Of a stretch of DNA of 38,076 nucleotides, positions 12,548 through 23,073 are shown one piece after another. The stretch comes from Trypethelium eluteriae. Lineage: Eukaryota. How positions within the stretch are numbered: position 1 is the stretch's first letter; every line of letters starts with the position of its first letter. Made by a program: the position numbers and the translations under genes. The notes under the pieces were generated by a model. The model worked only from the letters and a program-made list of their open reading frames with translations, was not told where the DNA came from and ran no database searches. The stretch spans positions 1 through 38,076 of the forward strand of contig JAVECL010000190.1 of assembly GCA_051942245.1 (NCBI GenBank). Reading direction: 5' to 3'.

Positions 12548-14271
12548 TTTATGGCGAACGAGTGGGGCCCAGCAGTATTCGAGAATGCAAATCAAGAGGA
12601 GGACGATTAAAAAACCTATATGCATCTCACAACAATCCTAATCTTGTACAATCAATCCGGTTGCACTTGTCGAAGGTGACAAGATAAGAAAATTAACACT
12701 AAGTTACCTCTATTAATCAAGAGTGTACTCTTCTGTATATGCTAATACGTACCTTCATGCTAGCCTTACTTCCGCTATGTAAGGACAGTAATGTGGAATT
12801 CTACAGCTAATATATTTGAAGGGTATCTCTGGGGGCCCTTTAATGGGAGTAGATAGAGATGAGTAGACCTAGGCAGAATCTGGATTAGTCGGCTTTGAGC
12901 AGTGTCTGAGCTAGGCTGTATCGAACTTTGGTGATGACCACATCAGGTCAGAAAGGTATGTCGTTCTGGATAGCTCAATGTGGCTTTTATTTCGGCGCAG
13001 CTGTAGTCGGAGGTAGTAAGCGTCAATGCGGTGGCCTGTGCGCCGCACCGCCATAGGATTCTCTTCTCATGGCAGGTAGGTTCTATCTCATTCTCTCATC
13101 TCATCATTACATCCTCCAGTGTGAGTATTTCTTCCTCTACGTGCACGCTCATAGCACCGTAACAGCTGCCTTCCAATACAAAGTGAAGGCCCCAATTTAC
13201 CCGCACCTGAATACAGACTGGGCAACGATAGGCGCGATACGTATCGTACGATAAGCCCTATCGTACGATAAATTACCGCGATATCGCTGATATCGTCAGC
13301 GCCGACACAATTATTGTAATAAAATAAAATTCCTCCCCTTAATAAGCTATTGTATAAGATAATTTACTCTAAATTATATAATTAATTTTTTAAAATATTT
13401 AATCTCTTCCAATCCTTTAAAAGTTCTTAAAGTTTAATAGTATCTGGATTAAGCTGTGCTTTATCCCAAAAAATTATATAATACGCACTAAAAAATACCT
13501 ATTTTAGTTTATTACTTATTGCAGGAATTAAGAGAATGTTAAGAGTAAATAAAAAGAGGTGTGGCTATTATTTTTATTAAATATTTTTAGCCTATTACTT
13601 AATTAGCAATAAAAAAATCTTGTATAAAGCTATTTTTACACAGTATTAATTAAATTAATTTTAACTTTATAATTATTAATTATTATAATGCTCTTAAAAG
13701 ATTTATTTAAAGGGAGTAAGGGTTTACTTTTATACAGAAGTTAATAACTTTCCTTAAGTATTATATAAATAATTAAGATTAGTAAAAGGTTTTTAAAAGA
13801 ATTAAAGCTAAAGTTGTTTAATTTTCTAAAACTGTATAGCTCCTTTTTAAATTAAATTGCCCTTTTTATTTTTTAAAAATATTATACAAATTATAAAAGA
13901 TAAAAAGCAGGCTACTTAATAATAAAAAAAAATATTAAGTTTTTTTTAATATTATTCTAATTTTAAAAGCATGTATTATACTTAAGTGTGAATTTGCTTT
14001 AAAAGCTTTAATTTTTAAAATAATTAATTAGTATATTTTATATAAAGTTAAATATAATTATACAACATATATTAATTCCTTAAAGCTACTTATAAAGCGC
14101 TTTAATACTCTCATAGACTTTTTAAAGTGTTGTATAATCTCCTTAAAAATATAATGTAGCTTATTTAAACATTCTAAGATATTAACAGACTGTATAAAGA
14201 TAATTCCAATCTTTTGGAGTAAAAATATCTCTCTTATCTAATAAATTAATATTATAATACTTATCCATATA

Positions 14272-14766
14272 TGTTACGAACGCTCCTGACCAAGGACGCG
14301 TTGGAGGTAGCCACTACTTGTAGTGCACCAATCGCGTAACACTAGGCGCGTCTCGCAACAGGAGTAAGCGAGGACGTAGTACGGACACCTCAACCATCTC
14401 GCAGCGAGATGAGCGAGATCTCACCTTGCAGAGAGCGAGACGACATCTCGCCCTCCTCACTGCGACACCAGCGAGAAGGAAGGCTGTAGTGGAGAAGGAG
14501 TGAATATTTAAGGAACTAAGTTCTAAGCACACTTTTATTCTTCTCCTTGCGTTTTATTACTTTACTGTTACCATACCCAGTTATACCTATAATTAGTTAT
14601 AAGCTGAATTAAATAAGTCCTTATTTATTACTAAGTTATTTAAAGCTTAGTAACCCTTCTTATATTATTGGATCCTTAACACTCCGCTCCTATGTGAAAA
14701 ACCCTGAGACCTTTCTACAGACCTGCTACAAGCTGTGCTTATACCAGGGGGTATAAGCTCATAATA
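14272..14766 (+). repeat. 5' LTR
   Basis: Colinear with 20457-20951. Starts TGTTACG; the differences I compared are C/T and G/A transitions. Confidence 0.95.
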
Positions 14767-14785
14767 TAATACAACGCCTTTAAGG

Positions 14786-16527
14786 ATGAGTTAATTAGGA
14801 TCCACTCTGCGGCCGGAGTCCCGCACTGAAGCCCTATTAAAGGAAGGTAAAGTGGGACGACCTAATAAGTACTTTAGGAAAAAAAGTAAGTTGGAAGAAT
14901 GGCTGTGCTAAATCCAACTCCACTTTTTATTTAAAAAAATTCCAGATAATTAATAAATTTTAGTAGCCTTATTATACTTAAGAGGACAGGCCCAGTACTG
15001 AATAAAACCTAAATTAATTTTATATCTTAATAACTTAGAGGACCCTAACAGTTTTTTTTTATAAAATTCCCTTAATTTAAAAGAGAGCTTAAATAAATTT
15101 TTGGGATTTTTAACAAAGTTAAGATAGCAGAGTAAGCAGTTTAGAACCTGGTATAAAAAATTTTAACAGCAGATTACATAGCTAAGTTCTAAAAGTATTC
15201 CAATAAACTGGAATGGAATAATAAAGTATTACAACCTATGTACTAAAGAGGACTTAAGGATGATATTAAGGATGAGCTAATGCGCTATAGCGGCTTTATT
15301 AATATGTTGCGAGAACTTATTAATGCCTTAATTAAACTGGATAATAAACTTTACGCAAGGCGTATAAAAAAGCAATCAGCCTTATACATTCCAGTAGGAA
15401 GAATAGGAGGAATTACTTAATATTATAATAATAGTAAACTAATGGAAGGAGTTTAGTACTCCAACCTTGCGCAAAATAAGAAGGAAAAGGGTGCCTAAAC
15501 CAAAAGAAAATGCTATGCTTATAAAAAACCAGAGCATATAGCAAGGAACTGTTAATCCAAGAATAAAGTAGATCGCAGAGAAGAATTTAATATAGCAACC
15601 TAAGTCCACTTAGGAGAAAATAAAATTATTATTAATAAACTAATAAATAATAATAATACTAGGAACTTAAATGTTTTCCAGTATTAAATAATTAACAATA
15701 AATCTGATGCAGAGAAAGAAAGTACTTTATGGGAAGAAGTTATTAACCCTACAAACAGCCAAAAAAACCTACCTAAGATTACTTACAGTATCCAAGGAGA
15801 AGTGGCAACACAAGAAAAGCACAAAAGTTATGTATACTTAGTGTCAAGATTAGAGAATCACCCAGACCACAAAATCCTAAGAAGATGTGTAATATAAAAC
15901 TACAAGATCCACTATGCTTATGTTATAACGCGCCCCAAACTCCTAGCAATTATATAGAATTTAGAGCAGCGGAATTTTAGGTACTGGAAGGAGGTTTATA
16001 AACTCTTACAATATCCTGACTATAATTAGATAACTGGATGGGAAAAATATTAAAATAATGCATACAAAAAGTATTAATAGGCAAAAAAATAACATAAAAA
16101 GAAGTTATAATACCAGTTCCAGCACTTTATAGCATGTGGAATAAAGGACTGTAGATTTTATTAAAAACAAGAAAGTAATTATAACTTACTTAATAAAAGA
16201 TTCTGTAAAGAAAAAGAAACATGCCCATACCACAGACTGGGCAGTAATATAGCTTAAGGAAGGAGCTGAGCTGAACAAGGACTATGTCCAAAACCACCCT
16301 ATAAGCCATCTGTGTGTAAAATAACAGACTGGCTGAGATATGTTAGCACTGTGTGTGTTAAATACCGCCAAGAGTAAGCAGATTATTGTGCGAAATATTA
16401 ATATAACAACCTAAATTATTATAAATATTGCCTAGATTATAAGAACATAAAACCGGAATAGTAGGAGTGCCATAAAACCGCCAAAAAGATAAGGGAAGAA
16501 AAGGGAAAAATTAACAACTTCTTATAA
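14786..16527 (+). pseudogene. gag: gag (RIP-degenerate) with CCHC zinc knuckle and long Cys/His-repeat C-terminal extension
   Basis: ATG at 14786. Zn knuckle CYAYKKPEHIARNC at 15511 (C-x2-[C>Y]-x4-H-x4-C). Many TAA stops consistent with CAA/TGG>TAA. The ATG and the knuckle are in different frames, so at least one indel lies between them. Confidence 0.8.
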
Positions 16528-19500
16528 AGGGGTTATAAGCAAGTTATAATGTGATATCCCCTAGCAAAGTAATAACAGGATTATTTAAGATTAAGGTTAA
16601 GATTAAAAACTAATAGGTTAAAGTAATAATTAATAGTAATGCATTAATAAACATAATAGCAGCAATAATTACTAGAAAGATTAAACTTAACACTAAGGAG
16701 AAGGAAAAGTTATACAGTTTATACAGAGCTACTGGACCATAACTTGTAGGGCAAGGATAGGTGGATACTAAAACAGAACTTATTTCCATAACTACGCAAG
16801 GGCATACTAAGGAAATCCAACTTAATATTATAAATCTAATTAGGTACAATATTATACTTAGATTACTGTGGTTGCAAAGTTATAACTTAAATATTAATTA
16901 AGAAATGGGGGAAATTATGTTCTTTAGGTGCAAACACGGCATTGCATGGGACCCTGGAGGAGTAAAGAATTGCTTTAGGGATAAGATAAGGATAAGCTAT
17001 GGTGTGGCTTTAATGTTAATAAATAAGGATAATCAGGAAGGATAAATTAAATCCAGCGTATCTAACACTTTAATAAAGGTAGAAAGTCCATTAAGGGATA
17101 ACACAGAGCGTAAGGACGCTGAACTTATAACAACACCTCTTGAATACAAAGAGTATTTGCCACTTTTTAAAAAAGGGAGGGCAGACTAAGCACTGCTTCT
17201 GCACTAACTATAGGACTATAAAATAAAATTGGAGCCAGGGAAGTAACCCACTTTTGGACCTTTATATCCCCAGTTATAGAGAGAACTGGAGACGCTTTAA
17301 GAATAGCTAAAAGAAAACCTTAAGAAAGGATTTATCTAAAAGTTAGAGTCTTTGGCAGGACATCTTATACTTTTTATTCCCAAGAAGAATAAAAAATTAT
17401 GACTATGTATTAATTACTAAAAACTTAACACTATTACAGTTAAAAATAGGTATCCGTTACTTAATGCGGCAGAATTAAAAGACCGCCTAACCAGAGCAAA
17501 GTAGCTCATATTATTAGATTAGAGAGATGCCTACAATTCTATCCGCATAAAAAAAGGTGAGGAATAAAAAACTGTATTTAGAACAAAATATGGACTATTT
17601 AAATCCTTAGTAATGCCATTTGGATTAATAAATGTACCTACAACCTATTAGGAATAGATTAATAACGCATTACAATTATATCTAAACATCTTTATAATTG
17701 TATATCTTAATAATATACTAATCTATTCCAAAATAAAGGAAAAATATATAAAATATGTAAAAATGGTACTAAAGTATTTAAGGAAAAAAAATCTTAAACT
17801 ATTACCAGAAAAGTATATCTTCCACCAGGAATAAGTAACATTCTTAGGATATATGGTAAAAAAAGATTAGATTTAAATAAAACCAAAAAAGGTATAATTA
17901 GTCTTAACATAGCCGAAGCTAATAAATATTAAGGGGGTCCAAAATTTCTTAGGATTTATAAACTTTAATTAATAGTTTATCCCTAAATATTCTAAAAAAG
18001 CAAAACCACTTACGGACTTTACAAAGGGTAAGCAATTATTTAAATAAAAACAGCCATAAAAAAAAGCCTTTAAAGTTATTAAAAAAGAGATTGCAAAAGA
18101 CTTAGAACTAATAATCTGCAACCCAAAGTTACTACTAAAGCTTAAGACAGATGCTTTAGATTTTGCAATAGGCGCCTGCTTACTGCAATGGGTAAATAGG
18201 AAGTGGAGACTGATAGGATACTACTTAAGAAAAATAACTCCTGCTAAACTAAATTATAACATCCATAATAAGGAATTGCTAGCAATAATAGCAGCAATGG
18301 AGCACTAAAGAGCGTATATAAAAGGAACACCCAAACTGAATGTTTATACCAACCACAAAAATCTGTTAATATTTATAACAACAAAATAATTAAATCAAAA
18401 ATAAGTTAGATGGGCAGAACTCCTTAAACAATATAAATTTATTATATATTACGCACCAGGAAAAAAAAATGGAAAAGCAGACGCTTTAAATTAACAAGAA
18501 GACTATTAAGGGAATAAAAAAGTATACCAAGCAGTGTTTAAGGAAAAGGATAACAGCACTCTTAAAAGCACTCCCCAAGAGTTTGGATTAATTCTTAACA
18601 TCTTAGAAGATAAGGATAAACAGTTTCTTATTATTACTTAAAAATTATAAATTCTAAATAATAAAGTTAACTATTATATTTAAAAATATTATAACAAACC
18701 GCGATATGGACATCCTAAAGTTACACAGATATTTAGGAATATATCTTAAAACTGCATTTTTAATAATATAAAGCAAAAAGTCCAGAATTATATAGCAAAA
18801 TATAATTATTATAAAAGAAATAAGCATAGTACCCAAAAAAGAAAAGGCACCATCCAACTAATTTAGGCACTAATAAGGCCTTAGGAGCAGATTATAATAG
18901 ACTTTATTACAGACTTACCTGCATTAAAGCACCTAATAACTAGAGAAGTTTACATAGCAATTTATGTGATAGTATGCAGATTAATAAAGTATGCAATACT
19001 GATCCTATTTAACAAAAAATATGGGATAGAGGAAACAGTATGGATACTCTTTAAAAGAGTAATATTATACTTTAGATTACCTGTCTTAATAATATCAGAC
19101 TAAGATAAAAGGTTTACAGCTAAATTCTTCCAGATGTTAATAGCAAATTTAGGGACTAAAACTAAGTTATTAACAGCATACCATAAAGAAACTAATAAAC
19201 AAACTAAATAGATAAATTAGTTACTAAAACAGTTCTTAAGATATTATATTAATAATCTACAAGATAATTGGGTATTATTATTACCCATAGCATAATTATG
19301 TATTAACACCAGAGAATTTAGTATAATTAAATTCGCACTTATTTAAGGACTAACAGGGTATATACCACTACCAATTTAACTAATACCTATTGCAGTAATA
19401 TTAGCATTAGGAAAAGATTATAAAAAGATAATAAAGGCAGTACATAATAAAATAGCCAGGAATATTAATAAAAGAAATAAGAGCTTAATATAAAGCGACA

Positions 19501-19975
19501 AAAAAGTAAATAAACCTTAACTAAAAAAGGGGGATAAAGTATACTTACTTACAAAAAATTTAAAAACAAAAAGACCTTATAAGAAGCTTAATGCAGTAAA
19601 GGTTGGTCTATTTATTATTAAAGAAAGGGAAAATAAGGTTAATTATAAGTTAAACCTTCTGCAGGATGCTTAAGTCTACCCGGTGTTTTATTTGTCCTTA
19701 TTAGAGTTAGCGGATAAAAGCATATTATATGTAGAAGTATTTGGGTATAAATTAAAAAAAGAACACAAGTTTAAAGTAGAAAAAATCCTGCAAAAGAAGA
19801 ATAAAAAGTACTTAATAAAGTGGAAAGGATACCTAAACTTAGAAAACACTTAAGAGATAAAAAAAACACTATCTAAGTGTGGAGAGAAGATATAATAATA
19901 TTTAAGTTTAAGAGAAAAGGGAAAACCTACCCACAGTAACCATATTTTTAACACCAGCAAAAATCTCCCATAATA
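16503..19975 (+). pseudogene. pol: pol (protease, RT, RNase H, integrase, chromodomain), RIP-degenerate; end approximate
   Basis: VIINSNA (=xIDSGA) at 16623; VMPFGL; VYLNNILI (=YLDD) at 17700; TDALDFAIGA; YTNHKNL; IDFITDLP; ISD*DKRF; FKVEKIL...YLIKWKGY..ENT*E chromodomain at 19770-19856. Confidence 0.92.
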
Positions 19976-20378
19976 AGGGAGAAAGACTAATAATAGCAGC
20001 AGTAATAGGACAGTTATTCTTACTAACCGCACCCTTATTAAGTTTATTAAGAGCATGTTTAGTTTTCTATTTTGCATATTCCTTAGCTTAATAAAGAATC
20101 TTTTTATAACACATAAGGTAAGTAAGCACTTTAGCAAGCTTTTCCTTATCCTTTGACACTCTTTTAGCATATTCCTCTTAAGTATAATTAAAAAAAGATT
20201 ATAATAAGTTCACACATAGTTTCCCCATTTTTACATACTTAGAACACTTAGTATGAGACTTTATAATAATATAAACATAACCATAAAGGAGGCAGAGGTT
20301 ATAAGGTAATAGAACTAGAAGACCAAAATTTTTAATCTCCAAGGACAAGCAGTGGTGATAAAGTTTAGAGGAAGACAT
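19908..20378 (-). pseudogene. Extra antisense ORF (~156 codons) of the retrotransposon: Zn(II)2Cys6-like cysteine cluster plus charged helical/coiled-coil region, RIP-degenerate
   Basis: ATG at 20378. Codons 26/29/36/45/48/55 are TAT,TGC,TAT,TGT,TAT,TGT, giving C-x2-C-x6-C-x8-C-x2-C-x6-C if TAT derives from TGT. One frame without indels; internal stops are TAA/TAG, compatible with RIP. Confidence 0.7.
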
Positions 20379-20439
20379 CTTGCTAAATGGATAAAAGCAG
20401 GGTTATTCCTACTTATATTCCACGTAAGGACATGTAACT

Positions 20440-20452
20440 AAGGAGGAGGGGA
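20440..20452 (+). other. Polypurine tract of the LTR element
   Basis: AAGGAGGAGGGGA, ending 4 nt before the 3' LTR. Confidence 0.85.
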
Positions 20453-20456
20453 CTAA

Positions 20457-20951
20457 TATTACAAACACTCCTAACTAAGGACGTGTTAGAGGTAGCTATT
20501 ACTTATAGTGCACCAATTGCGTAACACTAGGCGCGTCTCACAATAGGAGTAAGTGAGGATGTGGCACGGATACCTTAACCATCTCGCAGCAAAATAAGCG
20601 AGATCTTACTTCGCAGAGAGCGAGACGACATCTCGCCCTCCTTGCTGCGACACTAATGAGAAGGAAGGCTGTAATGGAGAAGGAGTAAATATTTAAGGAA
20701 TTAAGTTTTAAGCACACTTTTATTCTTCTCCTTATATTTTATTACTTTACTGTTACCGTACCCAGTTGTACCTACAGTTAGTTACAAGCTGAATTAAATA
20801 AGTCCTTATTTATTACCAAGTTGTTCAAAGCTTAGTAACCCTTCTTATATTATTGGATCCTTAACACTCCGCTCCTACGTGAAAAACCCTGAGACCCTTC
20901 TACGGACCTGCTACAAGCTGTGCTTGTACCAGGGGGTATAGGCTCATAACA
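20457..20951 (+). repeat. 3' LTR
   Basis: Colinear with 14272-14766; ends ...ATAACA followed by TSD ATATA. Confidence 0.95.
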
Positions 20952-21216
20952 ATATATGCTATAAGCGCCTCTTTAACTTATTGCTTTTTAGCAACTTAAA
21001 GCATATTAAACCAGCTATTTTATTTTATATAATTATTAAGAGGGATTCTCCAACCAGCTTTTAAAATAAATTCTGTTATATAAGGAGCAGATGCACAGAT
21101 ATAAACAACAAAATTGTAAAATTTGCCTATTACTCTTATTTAAATACATAGTTTATTTCGCCTTTTTTTTTAATATCTTTTTATCTGGCTGCTTATCCAA
21201 AAGCTCTTCTTAATTA

Positions 21217-23073
21217 GAGTCTGGACCCTAGATTTGATCGGACCCTAGATTTGATCGGTGAAAATCATACAACCACCTGCGCAATGCGTGCGCAATGCCT
21301 GCGCGAAGCCGGCGCTTTATCAAAATCACTAGATAATATCTCAAATAATGGATCTTCCATCCAATCTAAGTTTTTATCTAATGCAGCCTATTAATATTAA
21401 GATCTTTTCCTTTTATGCTTGGTGTTTACCTCTATCTTATGGGCTATTTATAAGACATCCTTAATAAAATAGATTAAGACACCCTTTAATTAAACTCTTT
21501 TGCCTTTCTTTATTTTTTTTTACTTCTTAAGAAGCTTAGCTTAATTAGCTAATTGCTAATTCTAAAGAGCGACAGTAATAGATAAGGTTTTGCAGAAACC
21601 TATTATACAATCCGCGTACTATTATACTGGCAACACAACTTTAGTATAATTACGCAATGCTTGCGCAAACTTCGCATTTAACTAAGATAGTGCAACTATC
21701 TCTGGAGGAGAGCTGTGAAGTAATGAGAGGTCCAAATTAGTTGGATTAGGTGGTGTATATAATTTTGCAGCAGTTAAAGTAGCCTTATAAGGAAGCCCTT
21801 TAAGCACTTAATGGCAATTTGTAGGTATTAAGCCAGCTCCTTGCCAGCCTGCAAGAATGTTCTTGCTTATAACTGCTTTCGCCTAAGCTGTTGCAAGTAA
21901 TTTAACCTATTCTGCGTGAGGGATTTATTGTGAGCTTAGCCGGCTAAGCGCATACAACTTATAGCTATACTGTAGCTTAAATAACAAAAACACTCCCACA
22001 TTAAGCGGCTGTAAGAGATAAAAATAATAAGAAGGCATAATTATAAGATTAATATTATTCTCTATATAATGCGCAATAAAGTCTGCTTTAATATGGCTGC
22101 TATGCCTATCAGTGATTAATAAACGCCGGCAACCCGCAGCCTTCTTACGCATTTAAGGATTAAAAACTTTAATTAATTACTGTAATCTAATATTATTTAA
22201 TATCCAGTTATTCTAGCTGGTAGCAAAAAAACCAGTTATAAGGTGTCTGCTCTAAAATCCATTGGGTATTTATGTGGTTACCTTTAAATACCAGGAGAGG
22301 CGCAAGCAATTTGCCGGCAGCGCTAATACACTTAATATTAGTTACCCAATCCTGCTTATTAAGCACAACCTTTTCTTTTTTGACATTATTAAGGTGAACA
22401 AAAACCATTATTATCTGCTTTTTTTTAATACCAAAACCTAACTTATCCATATTATACATGTCTGAAAGGTAATATTTGTGCTCTGCTACCTGCAAAGCGA
22501 CTGCATTAAACCAGCATTCTACACGCTCATAGGTTGCGCCTTTATATTAAAAGTATTCTAGCTGTTGGGTTAGAATTATCTGTATCTTTAGATGTTATTT
22601 TTTAAAGTATTAAATCCATTTATTATTAATAGGAGGGTATTCCATGTGGGCGGTTATTCTGCAAGACGTATGCGAGACGCGTATAACGCGCACCTCATAA
22701 GCAAAATCTTTTAATATTAAATAAGTAATGGGTATTCTAATTATTATATATTGTTTAATCCATCATACAAGAGTTAATTCTTCTGCATTTATAAGAAGCT
22801 GCTGCATCTTATAGCTTATAGCTTGTGTATTGCCTGCGTGATGCCTGCGCATAAGAGTTAAATGTGATACTTTAAACTGGCAAGCAGCTGCTTAAACAGA
22901 TAAAATCTCTTAATTTTTGAGTGCAAGTAAGGCCTTTTAAAGTTGAATTTTATGATTTAAGAGTTTTTGAATGGATTTTTTTGGCATTGTTAGAAATAAC
23001 ACGTGTCGCATGCGAAAAGCATGGTACGCGACCGATCAAAGCTGGGGTCTGATCAAAGCTAGGGTCTAGACTC
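21217..23073 (-). mobile_element. Tc1/mariner Fot1/pogo-type DNA transposon (1857 bp), RIP-inactivated, inserted in the hAT element
   Basis: ~43-bp imperfect TIRs with internal direct repeat (GAGTCTGGACCCTAGATTTGATCGGACCCTAGATTTGATCGGT / ACCGATCAAAGCTGGGGTCTGATCAAAGCTAGGGTCTAGACTC), TA on both flanks. Minus-strand transposase from ATG ~22987 with YNMDKLGF, LLITDRHSSH and LQPLNVGVF (DDD triad remnants). Confidence 0.93.

Larger units (their letters stand above)
14272..20951 (+). mobile_element. Full-length Ty3/gypsy LTR retrotransposon (chromovirus), RIP-inactivated, inserted in the hAT element
   Basis: Two 495-bp LTRs with outer termini TG...CA, 5-bp TSD ATATA (14267-14271 / 20952-20956), PPT before the 3' LTR, and domain order gag-PR-RT-RH-INT-chromo. 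Confidence 0.96.

Noticed and set aside
19850..20170. 106-aa minus ORF in the ORF track (MLKECQRIRK...)
   Set aside because: Different frame from the Cys-cluster frame starting at 20378; looks like an AT-rich artefact.
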